DNA of 64,000 nt from Clostridiales bacterium (GTDB lineage: Bacteria > Bacillota > Clostridia > Christensenellales > UBA1242). Below the pieces are notes generated by a model. That model did not search any database. It worked only from the letters and a program-made list of their open reading frames with translations, and was not told the origin of the DNA. The stretch spans positions 73,099-137,098 of the forward strand of contig CAKJYJ010000005.1 in assembly GCA_918262735.1 (NCBI GenBank). The letters are read 5' to 3'. Positions 8,142 through 17,669 of this stretch are shown piece by piece (within the stretch, counting starts at the first letter, position 1; each line of letters opens with the position of its first letter). The position numbers and the translations under genes are program-made.

Positions 8142-9536
8142 CTATTCCTCTGTTCCCTGTTGGTAATCTAAAACTTTATCACTGTCATTATATAATACTT
8201 CTTCGCACTCCATCTTCGTTACTTTGTGCGATGTCTTTTTCCAAGTTTTTTGATTGTGACATTTGAATAAACCAATTACTGTTATAGGTATGTAGGTAAA
8301 CGTATAAAAGATATAAGCAATCTCATCTGGTATTAATGAAATTAAAACTCTCTTTTTCTCCCACATTTTACCATCATATAAAGATGACAAAGGAACAAGT
8401 ATGTAGTAAAATAAAGTAAAATAAAATGCAATTTGTCTTATTATATACGGAACAGAATTAATTTCTAACCTAGGCATTCCTGCAATATTTCTTATAATGT
8501 TTGAAATGTCAAGACCTAGACCAATTAATAACATTACAACACCTAGGGTTAAAAATATAACCGAAGCCAAGCAGAGCATATTGTCAATCTTCCTGAATAC
8601 AGATTTTACTTTTTTTATATTAAATAAACTTAGGAATAATCTCCATTCGTACTTAAACATACAGAACCAATAGCCCTGCGCCCACCTAATCCTTTGAACG
8701 AAAGATTGTTTTACTCCCGTTGGCTTTTCATCATAAATTCTTGCGTTATAATTAAATGTTATTCTCTTTCCTTTTATGGTTGCCTGCGTTTGAATTTCTA
8801 GGTCCTCTGTAAGAGATGTGCAATGATATCCCCCAATTTCTTTTAAGAAAGATGTTGTCGTTGCAAAACCAGTTCCTCCAATACAAGCGTTCAATCCTAA
8901 TTTTTGTCTAGGATTTTGTAAAAAACCATTTGACATTCTGTAACTAACATAATACCCTCTTGCAACAATATTATTTCTATTTTTGCTATCCAAGTAACAT
9001 TGAATAAGTTCTGGTCTTTTACCCTCTTTATAACTCAAATATTGGCTGTTGATATGCTCCAATATGTTTGAATCAACAAAATTGTCTGCGTCAAAAATAA
9101 CAAACATATCGTATTTATTGTAGAACTTATCTTCTGCTTCTAACTTCTCTATCGCCCATTTTAATGCATGTGGTTTACCCTTTTTCTTTGGGTCGTTCAC
9201 ATTTCTTTCCAGAGCATAAAAATTGCTAAGCCCAAGTTCACTAATTCTTTTATTAATTTCACCAACAGTATTGTCTGCACAATTGTCTGCAATGAAATAA
9301 ACATCAAACAAATCTGGATTATATGTCATTTTTGCCAAATTATCAACTGTTGCTGCAATAACTTTTTCCTCATTGTGACATGGTACAAAAATACAAAATT
9401 TTTGTTGGTCTTTAACCAATTTATATCTTTGACGCCTTGGAAGCAATCCAATAATCATCAAAAACAAATTATATGCAATATATACAAACGTTATATAAAA
9501 TAAAACGCGATAAATACCTATAAGCACGTTAACCAT
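8142..9536 (-). CDS. membrane-embedded processive family-2 glycosyltransferase (PgaC/IcaA/cellulose-synthase-like)
   Basis: 464 aa. N-terminal TM helix, GT2 core (FVPCHNEE, FDADNF, TEDLE), the QRIRWAQG (QxxRW) motif, and about 4 C-terminal TM helices. The stop lies 1 nt from the wecB start. Confidence 0.8.
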   Translation of the reverse strand: MVNVLIGIYRVLFYITFVYIAYNLFLMIIGLLPRRQRYKLVKDQQKFCIFVPCHNEEKVIAATVDNLAKMTYNPDLFDVYFIADNCADNTVGEINKRISELGLSNFYALERNVNDPKKKGKPHALKWAIEKLEAEDKFYNKYDMFVIFDADNFVDSNILEHINSQYLSYKEGKRPELIQCYLDSKNRNNIVARGYYVSYRMSNGFLQNPRQKLGLNACIGGTGFATTTSFLKEIGGYHCTSLTEDLEIQTQATIKGKRITFNYNARIYDEKPTGVKQSFVQRIRWAQGYWFCMFKYEWRLFLSLFNIKKVKSVFRKIDNMLCLASVIFLTLGVVMLLIGLGLDISNIIRNIAGMPRLEINSVPYIIRQIAFYFTLFYYILVPLSSLYDGKMWEKKRVLISLIPDEIAYIFYTFTYIPITVIGLFKCHNQKTWKKTSHKVTKMECEEVLYNDSDKVLDYQQGTEE

Positions 9537-9636
9537 TTACTATTTCTCCTAAATACGCAATTGCTATTATTACACTTATGTCGAAAAATGTCAAGGTTTA
9601 ATGGAAAAAATATATATTTCTAATATATATACAAAA

Positions 9637-9674
9637 ATATTATGCATCACAAAAACTGATGTGATGCATAATAT
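9637..9674 (-). terminator. strong hairpin / terminator after the CotH-like gene
   Basis: 15-bp perfect stem: ATATTATGCATCACA (9637-9651) pairs with TGTGATGCATAATAT (9660-9674). A T-rich tract follows on the minus strand. Confidence 0.65.
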
Positions 9675-9752
9675 TGCCATGAATAATAATCTCTAATAAT
9701 ATTTGTTTTTGGTAAAAACTCATATTTGTAAGCAAATTTCAATTAAAAAACC

Positions 9753-11267
9753 TTATTCTTGTATTGTTATAACTTCCTCGTCTTGTTCGTCCGTTATAAA
9801 GTGAGAGAATAAAAAGTCCCTTCTTGCTTCCAAAAATTCAACAAGCCAATCTGCAGCTTCTTTTTGCGTCTTTGCGTTTTTATATTCTTGTGATGTATGT
9901 TCTTTATCCGCATATGTTAAACATTTTTTCCACTTAATATAATTTCTTTCAAATAAGGTTGAACAAACATTAGAGTATGTATCAACCAATTGTATTGCGC
10001 CCTCAAAAACTTCTTCATTTTTGATATCATTTATTCTTTCTTTTACCAAATCCATAAACCAATTCTGATTACAGAACAGTATTAACCACGGATTAATGTT
10101 TTTAATAACATATTCATTTTGCTTAGCACACGTATAGAACCCATCCAAATTGTACTTGCCTTGACCAAAAGCCCAATCAAAATCCCAAGGTGCTTGGAAT
10201 GTTAATTTTTTGTTTCCTCGGGCACCAAAATCAAATGACATATAAAAACTAGACCAGCCAACATCAATATCTTCGCATATTTCATGAAGAATAAACATAT
10301 CCACTAATGAATTTACATCAATAATGTTACCAACCGCATCAAACACTGACTGGATGTTGCTATCTTCAACAATTTCGTTATTTTCATTAATTGTTAAATA
10401 TGCCTCGTTCGTGTGGTCGTTAAACACCGCATCATAGACAACATCCCAAACGTTTTGAAGATAACTATTGGCAAACTGTTTTTGTTCTTCCGAATATATA
10501 TCCGATTTAATAACATAATGCTTTTCAAAATCTTCCAATCTGGCAGTTTCTCCGCCAATAAATTGCAAATTGTCATACTCTATTTCAAAATAGTTTTCCT
10601 CATCAATGTAATATGTGTCCATTTCCAAGAGATACCCGATATCTGTTCCCTCATAATTTTTTTCTGGCTCGGTGATGTTTACTCTCTTTTTATTAACCTG
10701 TTGTTGTTCGGCAAGTAAGTATATTCCTTGATAAAAATTATTAATGTAAACTTCAACAAATTTATAGTCGCTAACATAATACCCATTGGTTCCTAAAATT
10801 TGTTGTGCCAAGTAAAATGCGGTTGCATTTTTTAACATTGATTTATCTGTGTACTCTGCAAGCAAAACCCAACTTTTTGCCTTTAGATTATCATTTAGCC
10901 CAAGCATTGATTGTTTTTGGTCGAATTTTATTCTATATGGCTTTTTATCGTACCTGGCAGTACCATTACCGCGAACTTTAATTTGTGCACTGGCATCGGT
11001 TATATTCTGCTCTTCCACGTTTGATATAACCGATATTTCACATGTTGAATATTCTGCTGTAATTGCTTCCTCTTGAGTTTTAACACTTACAATCGGAAAA
11101 GATAAAAATCCATCCTCGTTAATAATTAAATCAATATTTTCTGTTCGAGCATCCGTCCATGTGTGCTCAAATATATCTCCAATATTGTATTGTGCTTTTT
11201 CACAGCCGGCAAAAAGAGTAAAAACTGATATTAGCATTATTATTAAAAAATTTCGAGATTTTTTCAT
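9753..11267 (-). CDS. CotH kinase-family lipoprotein
   Basis: 504 aa. Lipobox LFAG|C at residue 22. CotH-like block DKKPYRIKF...WVLLAEYTDKSMLKNATAFYLAQ...VEVYINNFYQGIYLLAEQ. Confidence 0.7.
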   Translation of the reverse strand: MKKSRNFLIIMLISVFTLFAGCEKAQYNIGDIFEHTWTDARTENIDLIINEDGFLSFPIVSVKTQEEAITAEYSTCEISVISNVEEQNITDASAQIKVRGNGTARYDKKPYRIKFDQKQSMLGLNDNLKAKSWVLLAEYTDKSMLKNATAFYLAQQILGTNGYYVSDYKFVEVYINNFYQGIYLLAEQQQVNKKRVNITEPEKNYEGTDIGYLLEMDTYYIDEENYFEIEYDNLQFIGGETARLEDFEKHYVIKSDIYSEEQKQFANSYLQNVWDVVYDAVFNDHTNEAYLTINENNEIVEDSNIQSVFDAVGNIIDVNSLVDMFILHEICEDIDVGWSSFYMSFDFGARGNKKLTFQAPWDFDWAFGQGKYNLDGFYTCAKQNEYVIKNINPWLILFCNQNWFMDLVKERINDIKNEEVFEGAIQLVDTYSNVCSTLFERNYIKWKKCLTYADKEHTSQEYKNAKTQKEAADWLVEFLEARRDFLFSHFITDEQDEEVITIQE

Positions 11268-11314
11268 TTTTTTCCTTTTTCTTTAGTATTTGTTTTTAAT
11301 TTTATGAAATTCAA

Positions 11315-12616
11315 TTATAGTACGTATTTTTTAAGATCGTGCGATTTTATATTATCTTTGAATATATTTTCAACATATTTTTTATCAATTTTTATTGTTT
11401 GAAGTGGATAATCACCGCTCGCATTAAACGAAATTTCTTCAAGTAGCCTTTCCATAATTGTGTGTAATCTTCTTGCACCAATGTTTTCTGACGTTTCGTT
11501 TTCTTGTGCTGCAATTGTTGCTATTGCGTCTATTGCACTATCGGTAAATTCCAATTCAATATTATCAACCCTGAGCAAATTTGAATATTGGAAGATAATT
11601 GAATTTTTTGGTTCTTTTAATATTCTTTTGAAATCATTTTTTGTTAAGCTATTAAGTTCAACAACAATTGGAAAACGTCCTTGAAGTTCTGGAATCATGT
11701 CTTCAATTTTTGAAACATGGAAGGCACCAGCACAAATGAATAGTATAAAGTCGGTTTTAACATTACCAAATTTTGTGTTGATTGTGCTTCCTTCAACAAT
11801 TGGAAGAATATCCCTTTGCACACCCTCTCTTGAAACATCTGGACCACTTCCTGCAGATTTTCCAATAATTTTATCCATTTCGTCAATAAAAATTATTCCC
11901 TCTTCTTCTGCACGCCTTATGCCCTCGGCATTAACGGCATCGTTGTCAATTAATTTTTCTGCTTCTTCATCAATTAATACTTCTCTTGCTTTTGCAACTG
12001 TGTATTTTTTTCTAATTTTTCTGTTTGGAAACATTCCTCCAAATATTCCACCAATATTTATTTCGCCAGCGCCCTCAATAAGCCCTAGTTGTTTTGGCTG
12101 TTCGGTTACTTCAACCTCTATTACCTCTTTGTCATATTTACCATCGTAGTAATCCAACTTTATTTCTTCTAGGGTTTTGCCCTCACCATTTTCGCCACGT
12201 TCTTGATTTCTATATAAAATGTCACAAATTTTGTTTGCAACACCAATCCCCGCCTTGTCTTGAACCTCTTTTATTTTTTCATCCTTAACCATTCTAACTG
12301 CAACGGCAACTAGGTCTCTTACCATGCTTTCAACATCACGGCCAACATAACCAACTTCTGTGTATTTTGTTGCTTCAACCTTAACAAAAGGAGCACGAAC
12401 AAGTTTTGCAAGCCTTCTTGCAATTTCGGTTTTACCAACACCTGTTGGACCTTTCATTATGATATTTTTTGGTGTTATTTCTTCCCTTACTTCTTTTGGA
12501 AGTTGACTCCTTCGGTAACGATTTCTAAGCGCAACTGCAACCGCCTTTTTTGCCTCATCTTGCCCAATAATATATTTATCTAATTCATTTACAACTTGTT
12601 TTGGTGTTAATTCCAT
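11315..12616 (-). CDS. hslU: ATP-dependent protease ATPase subunit HslU
   Basis: [34 protein letters not shown] and Walker A GPTGVGKTEIARRLA. Confidence 0.95.
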   Translation of the reverse strand: MELTPKQVVNELDKYIIGQDEAKKAVAVALRNRYRRSQLPKEVREEITPKNIIMKGPTGVGKTEIARRLAKLVRAPFVKVEATKYTEVGYVGRDVESMVRDLVAVAVRMVKDEKIKEVQDKAGIGVANKICDILYRNQERGENGEGKTLEEIKLDYYDGKYDKEVIEVEVTEQPKQLGLIEGAGEINIGGIFGGMFPNRKIRKKYTVAKAREVLIDEEAEKLIDNDAVNAEGIRRAEEEGIIFIDEMDKIIGKSAGSGPDVSREGVQRDILPIVEGSTINTKFGNVKTDFILFICAGAFHVSKIEDMIPELQGRFPIVVELNSLTKNDFKRILKEPKNSIIFQYSNLLRVDNIELEFTDSAIDAIATIAAQENETSENIGARRLHTIMERLLEEISFNASGDYPLQTIKIDKKYVENIFKDNIKSHDLKKYVL

Positions 12617-12617
12617 A

Positions 12618-13157
12618 CTACACCTCCTCCACTGTTATATGATGGTTTGTAAAAACGCAAATATCACCAGCAATATGTAATGCCCTAATTGCTATGTCTT
12701 TTGCCGACATGTCTGTGTTTTCTTTTAACGCTTTTGCCGCAGCAAGCGCATAGTTTCCACCGCTACCAATTGCACAAACATCATCTTCGGGTTCAATAAC
12801 ATCACCCATTCCAGAAACCATTAATAATTTTTCTTTATCAGCAACAATCATCATTGCCTCTAAGCGCCTTAATGCCTTATCCATTCTCCAAAGAGAAGCA
12901 AGCTCAACTGCAGATTTCATAAGATTTCCAGAATATTTGTTTAGCATTCCCTCAAACCTTTCGCTTAAACTAAAGGCATCTGCAACAGAACCAGCAAACC
13001 CAACAACAACCTGGTCATTATAAAGCCTTCTAACCTTTACCGCATTGTTCTTAAAAATAACACTCTGCGACATTGTTACCTGACCATCGCCACATATCAC
13101 GGTTTTACCATCTTTTTTAACCGCACATATGGTTGTTCCCTTAAACATACTTTCCAT
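12618..13157 (-). CDS. hslV: ATP-dependent protease subunit HslV (ClpQ/CodW-like)
   Basis: 179 aa. [11 protein letters not shown]...GDGQVT. 7 residues (MESMFKG) precede the catalytic Thr. Confidence 0.92.
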   Translation of the reverse strand: MESMFKGTTICAVKKDGKTVICGDGQVTMSQSVIFKNNAVKVRRLYNDQVVVGFAGSVADAFSLSERFEGMLNKYSGNLMKSAVELASLWRMDKALRRLEAMMIVADKEKLLMVSGMGDVIEPEDDVCAIGSGGNYALAAAKALKENTDMSAKDIAIRALHIAGDICVFTNHHITVEEV

Positions 13158-13158
13158 A

Positions 13159-14478
13159 TTAATTCTCCTTTATTTTTTCCAAAAATCTATCAATTTCTTC
13201 CATAGATTTTTCATATATGTTCTTTTTTTTCTGTTCTTTATCTCTTATATTTTCTGCATCAACAATCCCATAATTAGCATTCATTGGTTGAAAATTCTTT
13301 TCGCTTGCAGAATATATATAATTTTCAATTGCACCTAGTACTGTTGTGCTTGGAAGACTTAATTGCTTTTTTCCGTTTAACAATCTATACATATTAATTG
13401 CACAGTAAAGTCCGCTTGCCATGCTTTCAACATAACCCTCAACACCACTTAATTGCCCAGCAACAAAAATGTTTGGATGTTTTTTTAGGCTTGAAAATTG
13501 ATTTAGTGCTTTTGGTGCATTAATGTAACTATTTCGATGCATGGTTCCATACCTCAAAAACTCCGCATTTTTAAGTGCTGGAATTAGTCCAAAAACACGC
13601 TTTTGTTCACCAAACAATAAATTTGTTTGGAACCCAACTAAATTTAGTGCACTAGCCATTAAGTTTTCTTTTCGGAGTTGAACAACGGCGTATGGTTTTT
13701 CATCATACCTTTCATCACGAATTCCAACCGGCTTCATTGGTCCATATCTAAGAGCATCCTCGCCTCTTTTTGCAAGAATCTCAACCGGCATACACCCTTC
13801 AAAAACTTTTAATTTTTCAAACTCATGTAATTCAACAGTTTTGGCATTAATTAGTTCGTTGTAAAACTTTAAGTATTCTTCTTTTGAAAGTAAACAATTA
13901 AGATAATCGGCAGTTTCGCCTTTATTATATCTATTCCCCCAATATGCTCTGGTCATATCAATACTTTCTTCTGTTACAATTGGTGCAATTGCATCATAAA
14001 AATAGCATGAATCCTCTCCAATAATCTCATTCAAAAATACAAATAATTTTTCTTCAATTAATGGACCGGCACAAACAATTGTAGGACAAGACAAGTCAAA
14101 ACTATCAACTTTTTCATCAATTATTTCAATATTATTGTTATTTTTTATTAATTCTGTTACATTTTTTGCAAATTTTTCCCTATCAACCGACAAGGCCCCA
14201 CCGCTTGGAACCCTGCAGTCATTTGCAACTTTTAGAAGTGTTGAACCAAGTTTAAGCATCTCACATTTAAGAAGCCCGCTCGCAGATAAAATGTCATTTG
14301 ATTTCAAACTGTTTGAACAAACAAGTTCTGCAAAGTCATCCATTTTTTGTGCTGGAGTCCTCTGCACTTTTTTCATTTCATACAGTTTAACTTTAACACC
14401 AAGGTTAGCCAAATATAAGCTTGCTTCACAACCGGCAAGCCCCGCACCAATGACAACAACTTCTTTATTTGTTACCAC
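13159..14478 (-). CDS. trmFO: methylenetetrahydrofolate--tRNA-(uracil54-C5)-methyltransferase TrmFO
   Basis: [16 protein letters not shown]-binding motif and full-length TrmFO/Gid similarity. Start moved to GTG 14478 (AAGGAG 7 nt upstream); the ATG at 14514 would overlap topA by 50 nt. Confidence 0.88.
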   Translation of the reverse strand: MVTNKEVVVIGAGLAGCEASLYLANLGVKVKLYEMKKVQRTPAQKMDDFAELVCSNSLKSNDILSASGLLKCEMLKLGSTLLKVANDCRVPSGGALSVDREKFAKNVTELIKNNNNIEIIDEKVDSFDLSCPTIVCAGPLIEEKLFVFLNEIIGEDSCYFYDAIAPIVTEESIDMTRAYWGNRYNKGETADYLNCLLSKEEYLKFYNELINAKTVELHEFEKLKVFEGCMPVEILAKRGEDALRYGPMKPVGIRDERYDEKPYAVVQLRKENLMASALNLVGFQTNLLFGEQKRVFGLIPALKNAEFLRYGTMHRNSYINAPKALNQFSSLKKHPNIFVAGQLSGVEGYVESMASGLYCAINMYRLLNGKKQLSLPSTTVLGAIENYIYSASEKNFQPMNANYGIVDAENIRDKEQKKKNIYEKSMEEIDRFLEKIKEN

Positions 14479-16543
14479 CTTTACACTCCTTGTTGCTACA
14501 AATAACAACTTCATTATCGTTTATTTTCTTTTTAATAAGTGGCTCTCCACAAATTGGGCATTTTTCTCCAGTTGTTTCATCCCAACTCATAAACTTACAA
14601 GTTTTATAGTCTTCACAAGAATAATATGTTTTACCAGCCTTGCTTTTTCTTTCTATCATTCTTTTACCACACTTTGGACATATACCTTTATATATGGTTT
14701 CAGTTTGATTTAATGGTTTCATATTTCTACATGCAGGAAAATTTGAGCACCCAAGGAATTTTCCAAATCTTCCCTCTCTTATTAACATAAAGTGCCCACA
14801 CTTTTCACAAATAATATCTGTTTTTTCTGGTTCTGATTTCATTTTTTCGCCGTCATTAGCATTTGTTAGTAATGGTTCCAAAAAACGCCAGAATTTACTT
14901 ATAACCTTATGCCAATCGGCACTACTCTCCGCAATTTCGTCAAGCTTTGCTTCCATATCTGCCGTGAAGTCAATATTGAATACTGCTTCAAAATATTTTT
15001 GCAAGAAATCTGTAATGGTATTGCCCATTTCTGTTGGAACTAAATATTTGCCATCATGACCAGTGTATTCCCTATTAATTAAAAGGGCAATTGTTGGGGC
15101 ATATGTTGCAGGACGACCAATACCTTTTTCATCCATTGCTTTAATTAATGTTCCTTCTGTGTATCTTTGTGGTGGCTTGGTGAATTTTTGTTCCTTCTTT
15201 ATTGAGTTGAAATGTAATTTTTCGCCCTCTGTTACAGGAGGTAGTTTATCAGTTGTTTCCTCATCTTCTGCCTTTTCTTCAGTATGTTTATATGCAACCG
15301 TCCACCCAGCAAATGTTTGAGTTTTACCTGTAACTCTAAATGTTAAATCATTTGCGTCAATATCTAGCGAAACATTATCATATTCACAAGGAGACATTTG
15401 ACTCGCCAAAAATCTTTCGTATATTAATTTATATAGTTTATAGGTGTCTGGTTGCAAACTTGCCTTAACATTTTCTGGTTTTCTGTTTAATGAAATTGGT
15501 CTTATTGCCTCGTGTGCGTCTTGTGCATCTTTTTTAGTTGTGTATATGTTTGGTTTTGCTGGAATATAGTTCTGACCATATTCTTTCAATATATACTCTT
15601 TTGCCATTGCTCTAGCGCCATCAGACACCCTGGTGCTGTCGGTTCTTATGTATGTGATTAGTGGAACCTTACCCTCGCCAGCAATTTCAACGCCCTCATA
15701 CAGCGTTTGTGCTGCTCTTGAACATTTAGCACTGGTTAGACCAGCCCTTGCAAGAGCCTCTTGTTGCATTGTTGAGGTTGTAAATGGAGCAGGGGCATGT
15801 GAACTTGTTTTGCTTTTTTTAACAGATTTAACAACACAATCTGCCATTTCAATACCGGCGGTTGCAATTTCAACCTCTTCTGCATTTTTTAGCTTTATTT
15901 TTTTACCCTTATATTTAACTGCTAAAGCATTAAAATTAATTGGGTTTTCAAATTTATTAAGATTAACAGAAACATTCCAGTATTCTTCTGGCTTAAAATT
16001 CTGTATTTCTCTTTCTCTATCAACAACCAATTTAAGAGCAACCGATTGCACACGTCCCGCACTTAAATTTGGTTTAATTTTTTTACATATAATTGGTGAA
16101 ACCTTATAACCAACAAGCCTATCTAGAATTCTTCTTGCTTGCTGAGCATTAACTAGGTTTTCATCTATTGTTCTTGGCTTTGTTAACGCCTCTTGAACCG
16201 CAGTTTTAGAAATTTCGTTAAATGTTATTCTGCATTTATCCTCTGGCTTAAACCCTAAATAATATGCAATGTGCCAAGCAATTGCCTCCCCTTCACGATC
16301 GGGGTCGGAAGCAATGTAAACACTTTCTGCCTTTTGGGCTTCACGTTTAATTCCTTCAACAATTGCCTTTTTGTCTGGCATTGTTACATACTCTGGTTCA
16401 AAATTGTTTTTAATGTCAACACCAAAACTTTTTTCTGGAAGGTCTCTAACATGGCCCTTACTTGCCATTACTTTAAACCCTTCTCCCAAATACTTCTTTA
16501 ATGCTTCACTTTTATTTGGTGATTCAATTATAACTAGTTTCAT
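14465..16543 (-). CDS. topA: DNA topoisomerase I
   Basis: 692 aa. TOPRIM domain MKLVIIESPNK...DPDREGEAIAWH, active-site region ITYIRTDS, and C-terminal CxxC zinc ribbons. Confidence 0.95.
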   Translation of the reverse strand: MKLVIIESPNKSEALKKYLGEGFKVMASKGHVRDLPEKSFGVDIKNNFEPEYVTMPDKKAIVEGIKREAQKAESVYIASDPDREGEAIAWHIAYYLGFKPEDKCRITFNEISKTAVQEALTKPRTIDENLVNAQQARRILDRLVGYKVSPIICKKIKPNLSAGRVQSVALKLVVDREREIQNFKPEEYWNVSVNLNKFENPINFNALAVKYKGKKIKLKNAEEVEIATAGIEMADCVVKSVKKSKTSSHAPAPFTTSTMQQEALARAGLTSAKCSRAAQTLYEGVEIAGEGKVPLITYIRTDSTRVSDGARAMAKEYILKEYGQNYIPAKPNIYTTKKDAQDAHEAIRPISLNRKPENVKASLQPDTYKLYKLIYERFLASQMSPCEYDNVSLDIDANDLTFRVTGKTQTFAGWTVAYKHTEEKAEDEETTDKLPPVTEGEKLHFNSIKKEQKFTKPPQRYTEGTLIKAMDEKGIGRPATYAPTIALLINREYTGHDGKYLVPTEMGNTITDFLQKYFEAVFNIDFTADMEAKLDEIAESSADWHKVISKFWRFLEPLLTNANDGEKMKSEPEKTDIICEKCGHFMLIREGRFGKFLGCSNFPACRNMKPLNQTETIYKGICPKCGKRMIERKSKAGKTYYSCEDYKTCKFMSWDETTGEKCPICGEPLIKKKINDNEVVICSNKECKGGNK

Positions 16544-16562
16544 TTATTCTCCATTTTGCATT

Positions 16563-17669
16563 TTAACAAAGAATATATGTATTCCCTGCCAATTTTTTAA
16601 TTATTCCACGAATTTCTAAAGTTGTCAAATTGTAATTTAATATTTGTGTGGAAAATCCTGTTTTAATTTGTAAATATTCAAAACCATGCTCGCCATTTTC
16701 AAGTTCAGAAACAATGGCTGTTTCCTCTATTGTTAACTGTTCTTGTGATGATTTTGCTTCTTTTTTTGCTTTTTTATTAATATTGATTCCAAGATCAACA
16801 AGAATATCGTTTGGTGACGTTGTGCAGCCGGCGACGCCTTTTTTGATTAAATCATTAGTTGCAAATGACTTTTCACTCGTTATATTCCCTGGCACACAAT
16901 AAGAATCTATACCCACCTCATCTGCATGTTCCTTTGTGTAAAGACTGCCACTGCCATCTCCAGCTTCGGTTATTAAAACCGCAGAAGAAAGCCCGGCAAT
17001 TATTCTATTTCTTGTTGGAAAGGTATACTTTGTTGGTTTTATGGTTACATAATACTCTATGATAATTAAACCGCTTTTTGCAATCTCTCGTGCTAAATTT
17101 ATGTTCATTGCTGGATAAATATTATCAAATCCACCGCCAAGCACAGCAATTGTTTTACCGCCTACTTCTAATGCACCCTCATGAGAAATTTTGTCAACAC
17201 CACTTGCAAGCCCAGAAATTATTGTAACACCATTTTTTGCAAGTTCTTTTGCATATTTTTCGGTTACCACTTTGCCATAGCTTGTTGGGTTTCTTGTTCC
17301 AACAATTGCCACACACTTTGTTTTTAGAAGTGATATGTCACCACAATAGAACAACACGTATGGTGGATTTTTTAGGTTTAACAATCTGTCTGGGTAGTTT
17401 TGAGACATTATTGTTATGAAATAAATATTTCTTTTTTCAAGTTCGTAGAAGAAGTTTGAATTGTTGTATTTACAAACACCATCCAAAAACACTTCGTAAT
17501 TATCACCAAGAACATCTTTTAATTTGAAAAGCTTGTCAGCGCTTTCTGTAAAAATATCTTTTGGGTATTCAAAAATCTCTAATATTTGAGCAAACTTTGC
17601 ACTTGTCATAAATTCATATTGGCTTAAATACGCAAGTGCTTTTTCGTTTTCATTATACATCATAACCAA
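16563..17669 (-). CDS. dprA: DNA-processing protein DprA
   Basis: 368 aa. VAIVGTRNPTSYG...ISGLASGVD...FPTRNRIIAGLS motifs. Exact start among M1/M3/M4 uncertain. Confidence 0.9.
   Translation of the reverse strand: MVMMYNENEKALAYLSQYEFMTSAKFAQILEIFEYPKDIFTESADKLFKLKDVLGDNYEVFLDGVCKYNNSNFFYELEKRNIYFITIMSQNYPDRLLNLKNPPYVLFYCGDISLLKTKCVAIVGTRNPTSYGKVVTEKYAKELAKNGVTIISGLASGVDKISHEGALEVGGKTIAVLGGGFDNIYPAMNINLAREIAKSGLIIIEYYVTIKPTKYTFPTRNRIIAGLSSAVLITEAGDGSGSLYTKEHADEVGIDSYCVPGNITSEKSFATNDLIKKGVAGCTTSPNDILVDLGININKKAKKEAKSSQEQLTIEETAIVSELENGEHGFEYLQIKTGFSTQILNYNLTTLEIRGIIKKLAGNTYILC

Noticed and set aside
11697-16109. Long antisense ORFs in the track (11697-12149, 14135-14713, 15063-15320, 15633-16109, and likewise 18294-18644, 19677-20126, 27164-27595, 62251-62709)
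   Set aside because: All lie entirely inside strongly supported minus-strand genes (hslU, trmFO/topA, comM, pnuC, clpX, valS). They have low-complexity S/L/F-rich translations and lack RBSs, so they are shadow ORFs.
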